A stretch of 64,000 nt of DNA from Leucoraja ocellata (GCA_036785375.1 JAWMAR010000202.1:372001-436000); one strand, 5' to 3'; shown: positions 24,694 through 36,643, numbered from the stretch's first letter. Translations and numbers: made by a program. Notes: generated by a model not told the origin, from the letters alone.

Positions 24694-24887
24694 TCTAAGA
24701 AGGAACTGCAGATGCTGGAAAATCGAAGGCAGACAAAAATGCTGGAGAAACTCAGTGGGTGAGGGAGCATCTATAGAGCGAAGGAAATAGGCTGAAGAAG
24801 GGTTTCGGCCCGAAACGTTGCCTATTCCCTTTGCTCCATAGATGCTGTCTCACCCGCTAAGTTTCTCCAGCATTTTTGTCTACCTTC
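24694..24887. mobile_element. Penelope-derived fold-back element with hammerhead-like core
   Basis: Exact 15 bp TSD GGCATAAAGCATATG at 24679-24693 and 24888-24902. Inverted arms. Core CTGAAGA-A-GGGT-TTCG-GCCC-GAAA-CGTT at 24792-24819. Confidence 0.88.
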
Positions 24888-25119
24888 GGCATAAAGCATA
24901 TGATTCCTTAGTTTTCAAGACCAGTACAATGCAGCCCAAACTATGGCTAAACTGTGTAAAACTTGTCACCAGTAAAATTATTTATAAAACTGGGAGCACT
25001 TGAAGCAGAATAAGTAACAACATCACATGTCATCCTGTTTCTGACAATTCTCAATTGATTAACGAACGTCCAAATTTAATGAATGTGAAGGATGACAATA
25101 TTCACATGTTGTTTTGTAC

Positions 25120-25273
25120 CTTCCAAAGGCTCCATAGGTGTTGACAATTCGAAGTGGGTTGAAGGAAGTGTTCATCATTTGTTTTGAACTGAGCAAGTTT
25201 ACAACCACTGGGAGACTGAGGTAGGCGATGAGGACCCCAAAGGAGATATTCAGCACCTTTCGGACGTAGGCAC
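25120..25273 (-). CDS. LMF1: Lipase maturation factor 1, internal coding exon (equivalent to human exon 8), 154 bp
   Basis: (G)AYVRKVLNISFGVLIAYLSLPVVVNLLSSKQMMNTSFNPLRIVNTYGAFG(S), containing the LMF hallmark NTYGAFGS. Acceptor ttttattttgcAG, donor AG|GTACAA. Confidence 0.96.
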
Positions 25274-25799
25274 CTGCAAAATAAAACATTGAAAATGACT
25301 GCTTGAATACAGCGATCTTGGTCTACATACGGTTTTAGAGATGGGAACGGTTATCTGGTGAGATGTAAGACATGATTAGGAAGATTTGGTGGGATATGGG
25401 CCCGATGCAGGTAGGTCGGACATGCTCGGTTAGACAACTTGGTCAGCAAGGAAAGGTTGGGCTGAAGGGCCTGTTTATGTGCTGTCTAGCTCTATGATAG
25501 GCAGACATCCATTTAAGGCTCCTCTTTCTCTGTATGGAAGATCCTTTTGGAAAACCTAACTCGTAGTACTTTGTGTAGGCAGATGAGCGACTCCGAATTG
25601 ACTTGGTTATTGTGACACACTGACCCGATCCCTCACTTCAAATCTAACCGGAACTTGAGTTGAGAAACAAATAATGGCAACATAGAAAATAGAAAATAGG
25701 TGCAGGAGTAGGCGATTCGGCCCTTCGAGCCTGGACGGCCCTTCGAGCCTGCACCGCCACCGCAACAGAGACCAATAGATTCCAACCTTCATCTGTGGA

Positions 25800-25960
25800 A
25801 ATGGGAATAATGTTTCAGTCTGATGAACATCCTTACAGGTCTGATGAACGGTCTATGACCTGAAACATTAACTCTGTTTCTCTTTCCACTGATGCTGCCT
25901 GGTTTGCTGAGTGTTTTATTCTCCAGCATTTTCTGATCTTATTTCAGATTTTCAGCATTT
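25800..25960 (+). mobile_element. Older Penelope pLTR variant with CTGATGA-type core
   Basis: CTGATGA at 25820 and 25841. The second is followed by GGTC-TAT-GACC, then GAAA, then ...gatgctgcctggtttgctgagt...ctccagcatttt. Confidence 0.6.
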
Positions 25961-26739
25961 GGTTTCCAACTAGCAAGGCGTGCTGCGGTTTTCACCCACA
26001 GACCGCTGAACAAAACATTTCTGCAAAGCTGTCATTATTAATGGTATCTCCAATATTTAAAAGCTACAACATGCATCAATTTTAAAAGTCATTGCTAATT
26101 AAAAAATACCAAATCTAAGGAGATTGGGTGGATGTTATGTTTCTATGGAAAACATTACACTGCGATTATTTTCATGTGTTTGGCCAAAGCAACCCTTGGT
26201 CATTGATGGCAATCAGCCAGACTGGTGACATGGTTACACTTGTTTCCCCTTTTATTTTATCCAGTTCTCTGGCTCAGGATATACCAGTTCAGCAGGACAA
26301 AGTTTCATAAAGATTTTAAGGTGGGTCTACATTGACCTGGTTATTAGATTGTGTGGCAGTGGCTATTTCAAGGTAACGTGCAGAAAAGTACACTCATCTC
26401 AGGGGGAAACATGACAATCAAGTTAGTACAGAAATTAGGTCAAGCTCATCCGATCTGGAATCATGCCAACGTTTCTGACGTGATTTCAAATCATACAATT
26501 CCCTCTGCTACATTCCCCCAGTCACCATTGTTGAGTGTTTCTCGGGAAACGAGAACTTTGCAGCATTAGACTGCACTGGGATCCCATTAAAGGTAACTCA
26601 CAAGATAGCTTTTGTCTGTTTTATTTCTCTTTTCCTCCCACCCCCTCAGGTTCCAGTCCCCTCCCCCCCCCCCCACTCAGCCTTCATTGGTTCCGGCTCC
26701 CATCTCCTGAAAGTCTCAACCCTTCAAATGGCCCAGTTT

Positions 26740-26935
26740 CAGTTTGGTGTATTGTCATGTCTACTGAGGTAGAGTGAAAAGCTTTTGTTGTCTGCTAACA
26801 AGTCAGCAGAAAGACAAAAACATGATTACAATCGAGCCATTTACAATGTATAGATACAAGATAAAGGAATAATTGTTAGTGCAAGGTAACGCCAGTAAAG
26901 TCCGATCAAGGATAGTCCGAGGGTCACCAATGAGG
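26740..26935 (-). mobile_element. LINE 3' UTR family fragment (probably Rex1/Babar-type); other copies at about 13985-14045, 17680-17825 and, inverted, 63870-64000
   Basis: Shared attgtcacgtgtac.gaggtacagtgaaaagcttttgttg...catgattacaatcgagcc sequence at four positions. The family assignment is inferred. Confidence 0.55.
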
Positions 26936-27204
26936 CCCAACTGACTCCAATTCTGCTTCTCCAACTGACCCTCTAATTCTTCCAATTCCCAGCCTTCACT
27001 GCAAAGAAATGTGGTACACATATAATGGCATTCAACATTTGCAGTGGAGGGTCCCTGCTATCATTGCTACATTGCTAATTATCAACATCAGGAAGTCATC
27101 ATAGATGAGAAGCTTAAGTGGTCCAACCTTAGAAACCATCATGCCAGCATCAAGACAGATGCTGGGTAGTCCTCAGCTGGATGCTGACTCTCAATTCTCA
27201 AAAA

Positions 27205-27780
27205 TGACACAAAAGCTAGAGTAACTCAGCAGGACAGGCAGCATCTCTGGATGGAAGGAATGGGTGATCTCTGGAACTCTCTGCCACAGAAGGTAGTTGA
27301 GGCCAGTTCATTGGCTATATTTAAGAGGGAGGTAGATGTGGCCCTTGTGGCTAAAGGGGTCAGGGGGTATGGAGAGAAGGCAGGTACTGGATACTGAGTT
27401 GGATGATCAGCCATGATCATATTGAATGGTGGTGCAGGCTCGAAGGGCCGAATGGCCTACTCCTGCACCTATTTTCTATGTTTCTATGTGATGTTTCATG
27501 TCGAGACCCTTGTTCAGACTGAGAGTCGGGGAGGCCGACATTGAGATATGGACGGATAAGGGTGTGAAATAGAGAGATCACAGGGGACGCAGATCAAGGA
27601 AAATGTAGAATAGATCATTGTTAGCTAGAGGAAGCTAACAGCGAGGCATACAAAGATAAAATGTAATCAGGAGGACAGTCAGACTGGTCAAAGAACTAGC
27701 ATGGGGGAGGGATAGAAGGACAGGAAAGGTTAGTTAGAGAAGTTAACATTCATATATTAATTAGGTTGGAAGCTGCCAAC
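27205..27780 (-). mobile_element. Penelope 3' end plus pLTR, split by a CR1 tail insertion (about 27268-27487, plus strand)
   Basis: pLTR ...aaggaatgggtga | CR1 tctctggaactctctgccacagaagg...ttctatgtttctat | gtgatgtttcatgtcgagaccc... The distal end is the reverse complement of the PLE C-terminal motif (GSFQPN..MNVNFSN). Confidence 0.75.
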
Positions 27781-28930
27781 CTAGTTATTTCCCTGAGTTT
27801 CTCCAATACTTTGTCCTTTGCAATTAACATTTTGGAATTCTCTACCCTGTTATTTGAAATTTACAGTCTGATATTACAGTCTGGAGACATTAGCAAAGTA
27901 TTCGATGGTGCAGATCGATGCAAAAATCTATCCAATATATCTACCATTTCTTTATTTGCTGTTTCGTCTCTTCTCTTGAGGCCTGAGATTTACCTTTTCC
28001 ACCCACTTCCTATTTATATATCCATCAAAACTTTCGCTGTTTTTAAATTACATGCAAATTCTCCCTCAAAATTAATTTCTTCCTTTCTTATGTGGCTGTT
28101 TGCAGAGCATTATAGAGCTGTTGTTTATCTCCTACTGTTCCTCTACTAACCTGTCTCTTAGCTTGCTTACCCAGTCCACTTAATCAGCCATATTGCCTTT
28201 GATGTCCTTATTTAAAATAAATGCACTGGTTATAAACCTATGAAGTTCATGCACAAACTGCATTTGGAATTCCATCACATTTTTGTCACTAACCCCTCAG
28301 GAATCTTTAACAACAAGATCCCTTGTGATCCTTGCAATTTACATGCGACCAATGCAAAATAGCTCATTAGGTTCTGCAATGTGCTTCACAAAAAAAGAAT
28401 TTCTGACACATTCCACAAATTCTTCTTCTACGATACCCTTGCCAGTTTGATTTTCCCAATCAATATATAGATAAGAATCCCCCAAGATAATTGTAGTTCC
28501 TTTCAAACATTTCATTGATATTTCCCCATTTGTGCTCTGCCTACTGAGAGCTCATGTTTTGGAGTTCTATTGACTGCTTCCATCTGTATCTTCCTTCCCC
28601 TGCTATTCATGATAATTCATCACTAATTCAATGGGTTTTTTTAGTGCAGTTTTATTTCCTCAGCACAATGAGACGTGCCTGGATAACCAAGTATTTAGTT
28701 TACTTTAGTTTAAGTTTGGAGGTACAGCATGGAAACAGGCCCTTCAGCCCAAGAGTCTACAATGACCAATGATCACCAGTTACGACTAGTTCTATGATAT
28801 CCCACTTTCTCATCCACTCCCTACACATTAGGGGAATTTTAAATTAACCTTGATTTTGCCTGGGTATTTTCCTCAGCAGCTACATGCCATTATGAGTTTT
28901 TACATCTTAATCACAATCACTAAGGTGAGA

Positions 28931-30635
28931 AATCACCTAGCTGATGACCTGAACTCCTTTTACGCTCGTTTCGAGAGGGGCAACACCACCTCAGGGCTGG
29001 CTACCGAAGCTGAAGGGAGGAATGTGCACACATTCTCGCTGTCCGAGCACGACGTGAGGAGGGCTCTGACACGGGTGAACACGAGAAAAGCTGCAGGCCC
29101 TGATGGCATCTCGGGGCGAGTACTCAAGTCCTGTGCTACGCAGCTAGCTCCAGTGCTCACTACATTATTAAACCTCTCCCTGGACAAGTCCGTGGTCCCT
29201 GCCTGCTTCAAAAAATCCATCATTGTACCGGTACCAAAAAATGCCTCCCCTGCCTGTCTGAATGACCACCGTCCGGTGGCCCTTACCTCGGTAGTCATGA
29301 AATGCTTTGAGAGGCTGGTGAAGAAACACATCTGCGCCTTCCTCCCTCGGAACATGGACCCGTTGCAGTTCGCATACCGTCCGAACAGGTCCACGGACGA
29401 TGCGGTCTCCCAGGTCTTGCACACCGCTCTCTCCCATCTGGACAGCCAGAAGGGGGGCTACGTGAGGATGCTGTTCATAGACTACAGTTCAGCCTTCAAC
29501 ATGATAGTCCCCACCAGACTGGCCGGGAAGCTAATGGAATTGGGGCTCAACACTTCCCTGTGTGCCTGGGTTCTGGACTTTCTCACCGACAGGCCCCAGG
29601 TAGTCAAGATGGGAGGGAATACATCGAAGTCCCTCACCCTGAGCACAGGATCGCCCCAGGGTTGCATCCTCAGCCCCCTATTGTACTCCCTGTACACACA
29701 TGACTGTGTGGCTAGGTTCAGCTCCAATAATTAAGTTTGCTGATGACACTGTGGTGGTGGGCCTGATCTCAGACAACGATGAGAAGGCCTACCGGGAGGA
29801 GGTGGCTGGCCTAGCACTCTGGTGCCAGGATAACAGCCTCCTCTTGAACATCAAAAAAACGAAGGAGCTGATCATGGACTTTAGGAGGGCACATCATCCG
29901 AGGACATAAACTCCATTGAGGATAAATCGGGATCCTGTGGATAGGGTGAACTGTTTTAAATATCTGGGAGTCCACATCTCCGAGGATATGACATGGACAT
30001 CACACGCCTCAGCACTCGTGAGTAAGGCAAGGCAGCGCCTTTACCACCTCAGGCAATTGAGGAAATTCAGAGTGTCTCCAAGGATCCTCCAGTGCTTCTA
30101 CGCAGCGGCGGTGGAAAGCATCTTGTCCGGGAACATTACCATCTGGTTTGGGAATTGCTCTGCCAAGGACAAGAAGGCTCTGCAGAGAGTAGTGCGTTCG
30201 GCCGAACGCACTATGGGAACTTCACTTGCCCCCCTGCAGGAACTATAAATCAGGAGGTGCAACTCCAGAGCCAACAATATCATGAGAGACCCCTTCCACC
30301 CCTGCAACGGGCTGTTCCAGCTGCTACGGTCAGGCAAGCGCTTCCGTTGCCATGCGGTGAGAACAGAGAGGTTGAGAAGGAGTTTCTTCCCAGAGGCCAT
30401 TCGGACTGTAAACGCCTATCTCACCTAACTCTACTGAACGTTTTTCCTTCCATTATTTATTATGTAAAGGTATATGTGTGTTATGATTGTGTTTATAGTT
30501 TGTTTGGTTGTTTGGTTATTTGTCTTTTTGCACAAGAGTCCGCGAGCATTGCCACTTTCATTTCACTGCACATCTCGTATGTGTATGTGACAAATAAACT
30601 TGACTTGACTTGGCTTGACTTGACTTGACTTGACT
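28931..30635 (+). mobile_element. Rex1/Babar-clade LINE, 5'-truncated RT with (CTTGA)n tail
   Basis: KAAGPDGISGRVLKSCA...RPVALTSVVMKCFERLV...DPLQFAYRPNRSTDDA...LFIDYSSAFN...GSPQGCILSPLLY, frameshift, then KFADDT. Stops at about 29907 and 30246. TGAGA is duplicated at 28926-28930 and 30636-30640. Confidence 0.93.
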
Positions 30636-30640
30636 TGAGA

Positions 30641-30890
30641 GGGGCAAGATTTAACAGAAACCTGATGGACAACATTTTCACTCAGGGTGGTGGGGACAAG
30701 CTGCCAGAGGTAGTTGAGGCAGATAGTATATCTGCATTTAAAAGACAGTTGGACAGATACACGGATAGGAAAGATTTAGAGCGATATGGGCCAAAAGCAG
30801 GTACATGGGACTAGTTTAGATGGGGCATCTTGGTCAGCATGGGTGAGTTTGGCCGAGGTCCCTGTTTCCATGCTTTATGACTACATCACT
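30641..30890 (+). mobile_element. CR1 3' UTR fragment (target of the Rex1 insertion)
   Basis: taaggtgaga|...|ggggcaagatttaac...ctgccagaggtagttgaggcag...ttggtcagcatggg. Confidence 0.75.
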
Positions 30891-32062
30891 CTATCCCACT
30901 CAATCCTCTGGTAAACAACTTCAGAATTCCTTCTGGATCGATTAGTAGCCTATCTCGGATAAACATCTCCAGTCCTCGCCCTGGTCACTCCCACGGCTCT
31001 TTCTCACCACCAAAGGGAAAAGGTTGCCCCTCAGGTTCCTCTTAAATCTTGCCCCTCTCACCTCAGATGTAAAACTCATCACGTCATAGAGTAGCTGAGG
31101 AACATACTCAGGCGCAATCAAGGGACAACTACAGAAACACGAGGAGTAAAATAAATTGTGGGATACATTGATGAATTTAAATAAAAATAGCAAGAAGAAA
31201 CACTCTGCTTCAATCTGCTCTGAATTTGACAGTAACTATGCTCATTCACTGCACTGCATTTTGGGAGGCAATATTATTTTATGATCAGCCAACACACATT
31301 TTACTCAACAATCATAGAGTCACTGTTACTATGTCTATGATACTGTGTTGAAATAACTTTGCAAACGGTCTTATGATTTCACAATGAATAGCACTCGGAA
31401 GTACTGCACCGACACCCACACATTAAATAATCAGGCAGCACTGGACACACACTACCATTCTTTTGGGGTGGAAGGGGCTGAGCATGAAGCATAAATAATA
31501 CAAGTGCTACCACATCAAGAGTTCCATCAAATTAAAATAAAATAAATACATTCTTTACAAATTGGTATTTTAGTAAATATAAAATTCAACAGTAATCATT
31601 CAATGTAACTGAGGTAAACCTGGCATTCATTTCATTTCAATTCAAAGATTCTCGATCTGGTCAATTAACTTTTTCCAAAGCTTAATTGCCATCAATGAAT
31701 TATTTAAAGAAAACATCCTTGTGATATATTGGGCAATGGAGCAAAATAATGAGCTAAGTGACAGCGCAGATCTACGAGTTCAGATGTTGCACTGGCTCGA
31801 GCTGTTTGCCGAGTAACAAATAAACCCTACAGCTTAATGACCCAGGTGTTAACACACGGTTATTAATTGCACATACAAAGTGACATGCTTGAGGAATTAT
31901 TATTTTGAAAACAAACACGCAATTATATGAAAGCAACAACCATGGCAATGCTATAATGTGCTCAATGGCCCCGAAAAAAGAGGAAAAAGATGAGCTGCAG
32001 AATGGTTGCTGGAAAACCTAAACGTCACTGCATGATGATTCCATACACATCAGGCAAAAGCA

Positions 32063-32165
32063 GAAGGTAGACAACAATGCTGGAGAAACACAGCGGGTGA
32101 GGCAGCATCTATGGAGCTAAGGAACTAGGCAATGTTTTGGGCCGAAACCCTTCTTCAGACTGAAG
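32063..32165 (-). mobile_element. Penelope pLTR half-element
   Basis: gaaggtagacaacaatgctggagaaac...gggccgaaacccttcttcagact, same subfamily as 22234 and 24694. Confidence 0.75.
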
Positions 32166-34442
32166 TTTCTCAAATTTGGCTCCTACTAAAATGTTTCTTC
32201 ATTTGACTTGGGCTACGTGATGGCATATAAACGGTGATCTTAACCAATGCGTCCACAATAGATCCAGTCTCAGTGCAAACTGTTGTCAAGGAGGGCTGTG
32301 TGGTCATCACAACATATTTCTCAACCTTTTTCATCACAATGCTGCATCTTACCTCCAACAAACTCTGTGATAGATTAGAGCTGCTATGCAGGATGAACAG
32401 ACAACTGTCCACCCACGTTCCCTCTACTCCAGAACTAAGATGACTTTAACTTCAGTTATTGAACTGCACCAGGCAAATGGTGCATGGGTATGGCTACCTT
32501 CAGAGCCTAAACTTCAAGTCACTGGTGTTCATTTCATGATTTACATGAGAGAATGGGCCTTAACACCAGCAAAACATATGTCCATTACCAACCTGCTTCT
32601 ATTATACAATGCTGTTTCTGTTGGCAAAAAAATCCATGGCAAGATCTTGGAAAACAGATTGCTTCTTGCATTCTCAATGAAAATCCAAAGATGAGATGTA
32701 CTAATTGCCTTAGTACACCAGTGCAGACTTTGGCAGCCTGATGAAAAGAGAGTTTGAAGATCAAGATCCCAAACATTGTACAAAACTCGTGGTCTGCAGG
32801 GCAGTGGTGATGGCTATCCTTCTGCACGTATCTGAGACATGGGCTGCTTACAGTAGACATGTCAAAGTAATGGAGAGATAACACCAACGGTGTCTCCACA
32901 GAATCTGCCAATTCTCGTGGTTGGCTCAAGTGAACCATTTCCAGTATTCTCTGCCCTAATTTTGCTTATTTGGGTTGGCAATCCACATAATCTTTAAGCT
33001 CAGTACCATACTTCCAATACTGACAGTTTTTTCTAACTTCGGGCTCAGCAATAGAATACTAGGTGGAAAGAGGAAATCATTCAAGGTTGTTCCCAAAGTT
33101 TCCTTGAAAAAGTGTCATATCTCCACCATCTCATGGGAATCCCTTGGTCAATGGCCACTCAACATGGAGGAGCATTTTGAGTTTGCATTGGGAACCACCA
33201 ATCTTTAAGTTGTCAGAACGCAGAAACTGGTTGTAAATGGAGCAGGACGGCATGCCGCCTTGCAAACTATATTCCCGGCCTCCACGTCACGCACCTTGTG
33301 TGGGACTGACATATGTGGCAGTCTGTCAGTCCCACCTGACCTCATTAGCCATACAAGCAAGCACAGAACTGGCGAGTAGCAAGTTATCCTCAGTTCCAAA
33401 GAGAAGCCTAAGCAGGAGGCAGTAAAATAAGTATCAACTACCATACACCCAGAATAGCTGAGCTTCTGAACTGTACCCCATGGGCCCATAGCCATATTTC
33501 AAGCATTATAAAAACCTCTAGAACGTTTAAGACATTGGCCAAAAATCAAGATCAATAATTACTGATATCTCCCAATCATTCCTAGTTCATGAAGTCTACA
33601 CATTAAGCAAGTAAATTGTAACATGGAAATGTGTATCATTCTCTCTTACTTGAATTCTATTTATAGATTATTTTTCAGTTGAATCCAATGCAAACATTTC
33701 TTATGTTGCCTTCAACCAGATATTTATATGAACTGGAGAAAATACACAGGTGAATGGGGAAGGATTTCAGAAAGAAACAAATCGAACAAGCCGAAAAGAT
33801 GAAATTAAGTTATGAATTAATGATTCTTTTTTAGCAGGTTTGTACATTTATAGCTCACAAGTTTGCAGATGGTAATGACATTTGAAGAGGACTGGAATTA
33901 TTACAATGATTATAAAATATAGAAAATTGACCTCTTTTGAGAAAAAGGTACAAATTTGGAGGATTTCATACAATGGAAGTGACTCTATCTGCAGAGGTCC
34001 ATAGCTCAAGACCATAGCTAGACATACAGAAATTAATATAAGGTATGTTAAATTAGATTGTTAATGGAATGAGTCTTATATGAAGCATTAACAGCAGCTT
34101 GAACCATCTGGTTTGTTTCTGTGGACTTATTTCTAATGTGACAAATGATTTCTATCCAAGCTTAAGTACTCACAAGCCAAACTAACCAAAGTAAATCACT
34201 TTAGACTTGAAATTTTGAATCCTACTAATCCTAAACATGTTCTTTAATTTATCTGCTACCAAGAGATTAACCACATTCTGCTCAATGGTAGCGATGTCAA
34301 TATCAGTTGACATTCTGAGTTCAGAGTTCGTTGTCTTGAAGACTGGGAAACTGGCATGCTTTGAGTTAAGGAACTAAAGGAGAGTTCATGGAAACGGCCT
34401 GTGTCCAAAATACGGAGCAGGTTGTTAATCAATATTACATAC

Positions 34443-34626
34443 CATAATGAGTAGGTGGTTTGTGACCCATTGCCTCTTTAGCCTGTATCATGGATACTTG
34501 GTCTTTGACCTTTCCTTGTCGTGAGCTGAAGAGAAAGGCCAGATTGGAGTCATCAAAGCAGGCAATACTGGGAACAATAGTCAACCAGTTCAAAAAGCTG
34601 AGGTTCCCACTGACGATGAGTAAGAC
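34443..34626 (-). CDS. LMF1: Lipase maturation factor 1, internal coding exon (equivalent to human exon 7), 184 bp; not in the supplied ORF track
   Basis: Manual translation: VLLIVSGNLSFLNWLTIVPSIACFDDSNLAFLFSSRQGKVKDQVSMIQAKEAMGHKPPTHY(G), containing the LMF motif SGNLSFLNWLT..CFDD. Acceptor tcccatctctttAG, donor G|GTATGT. Phase 1 joins the next exon (G+GT = Gly). Confidence 0.95.
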
Positions 34627-35397
34627 CTAAAGAGATGGGAGAAACATCAAAAATCACAGCTGGAACATATCAAGGAAGTGAGATTATATAACTTTGGTAC
34701 AAAATGCCTCAATTAAGATTATTTACTATCAAATAATTTTACATTCAGGATCATTTTATTACTATATATTAAAAATGCCAAGCTATTCTCTCTTCCTTTC
34801 GGTATACGATATGTCAATCTGTTTCATAACATCATGGAAAGTAATTTAACTAATTATATTGTAAGCCAGCTATAACTATGAATTATTTTCTTTGCTTCCC
34901 TTGGAAAGAATGATACACTGAAAAAAGATGTTACATTTCCGCTCACATACAAAATATCTCTACATATTATTTTTGCCTGCTATTTTGCCAACTTACATTT
35001 TGTTCGAATACATCCACAATTCTCCAAATCACATACTTCAATCCTATATTGATGTTCAATAATTTAATTGTTTATTGCAACAATTTAGGTGGCATTCAGA
35101 TGCATAATGTAAGTTATCGAATATGGATTTCATTTCTGCATTATATCCACAAAATACACAGGGTGGTGTAATTTATGCATCATGAAACATCAATTAGTAT
35201 AGGTGTTCAAATATAATGACTTCAGCCGAAAGCAGGGCAGTTGGATCATAGAACTGGAATTTTGTGAAAAGTAAATTTCGAGCAATTTTCAGGACCAACG
35301 GTACAGATCATTGAAATATGCCAGACCTGGCAGCAGAGGCAGAAGCAAAACAGAATAAACAATGAGAAAGATACCTGCTCCAAAGAAGATAGAGCCC

Positions 35398-36643
35398 CAG
35401 TGTTTCCACTTTGAAGGAAATTACCCGATATTCGGGAAATTCTGGTTGTCTCCGGGTAATTTTAGGGAAATTGAATAATTTCGGGAAAGTTCCGCATCTG
35501 GCCTGCGAAGGGGTGTAAAGGTAATAGACACAGCACTGCCGATTTGGCGCTCAAATGTTTAAACAGAGCGCTGTCAGTTTAATGTGTGGGAATTTAAACA
35601 AAGAGCTGTCGGCTGTAGCGCTATGGGTTCTAAATATAGTGCTACCGTCTGCAGCGTTATGGACTTTAAACACAGCGCTATGGGTCACAGTCTGTTCGGG
35701 AAAATTCTTGTATAACAATGAGTCTTTGGAATTCTCTTTCTCAGTGGAAGTTGAGCCTTTGATTGTTTTTCAGGCAGTGGTAGAATTCTAGATAAGCCTA
35801 GTGGTGAAAATTTACCAGTGGGCAGTGGGATTGCAGTTACATTGGGATTGGCCTTGATTTTACAGAACGGTGGGTGGGCTCAAGGGGCCAAGAGGGAGAG
35901 AGGGAGGGGTGGAGAGAGAGAGAGGAGGGAGAGAGTGGGAAAAGGAGGGACGGAGAGAGAGGGAGGAAGAAAGAGAGATGGAGAGAGGGAAAGGGGATGG
36001 AGGGAGGGAAAGGGGGAGGGAGAGAGGGGGAGAAAGAGGGAGGGGAGAGAGAGGGAGAGAGGAGGGATGGAGAGAGGGAGGGGGAGAGGGAAAGAGAGAG
36101 AGGGGGAGCGAGAGAGGGAGGGAGGGAATAAGAGAGGGAGAGAAGGAGAGAAAAAAGGAAGGGAGAGAGAGAAGGGAGAGAGAGAGGGAGAGAGGGAAGG
36201 AGAGAGGGAGGGAGGGAGAGAGGGGGATGGGAGAGAGGGGGATGGAGAGAGGGGGAGGGAAGGAGTGAGGGAAAGAGTGTGAGGGAGGGACGAAGAGAGG
36301 GAGAGGGAAAGGGGAAGGGAGGGAGAGAGAGAGGGAGAGAGAGCAGAGACTGAGACACATGAGAGCAGGTTGAAAAAACAAAGACAATGAAAGCTGTTGG
36401 AGGCACCGAAAGCTGCCTTGCATAACACTGTACAAGTGAGTAACAGAAGCAGGCAGATAGGGTGTAGTATCCATAGATCTGTTTTGCCTTGTTCTTCTTT
36501 GAGTTGTTAACGTATGCCGCGAAATAAACCCAACAACAAATAGCAAGCAGGAGCATTTTTGAAAATTTCAGGAAATACCATCAGATTCCAGGAAATTTGG
36601 GATTCCGTTTAAGGAATTTATTTTTTGAGGTGTGGAAGTACTG
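35398..36643. mobile_element. Probable non-autonomous hAT-like element carrying a large GA-rich tract
   Basis: Termini CAGTGTTTCCAC ... GTGGAAGTACTG, with clustered GGAAATT-like subterminal motifs at both ends. The 8 bp flanks match at only 5 of 8 positions (tagagccc / ctgagcct). Confidence 0.45.
35890..36345. repeat. Polypurine (GA/GGA-rich) low-complexity tract
   Basis: About 450 bp of almost exclusively G and A on the plus strand. It is the source of several spurious ORFs. Confidence 0.95.

Noticed and set aside
28960-29424. Long antisense ORFs over the Rex1 and Gypsy RT regions (also 4015-4428 and 2462-2854)
   Set aside because: Shadow ORFs of GC-rich coding sequence on the opposite strand.
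32170-32940. Possible very old RTE-type LINE fragment on the minus strand
   Set aside because: Only vague motif resemblance; I could not reconstruct a diagnostic RT motif.
35818-36556. Six overlapping ORFs up to 239 aa (R/E/G-rich or P/S/L-rich)
   Set aside because: Produced by a GA-only tract that lacks stop codons; no domain or splice evidence.
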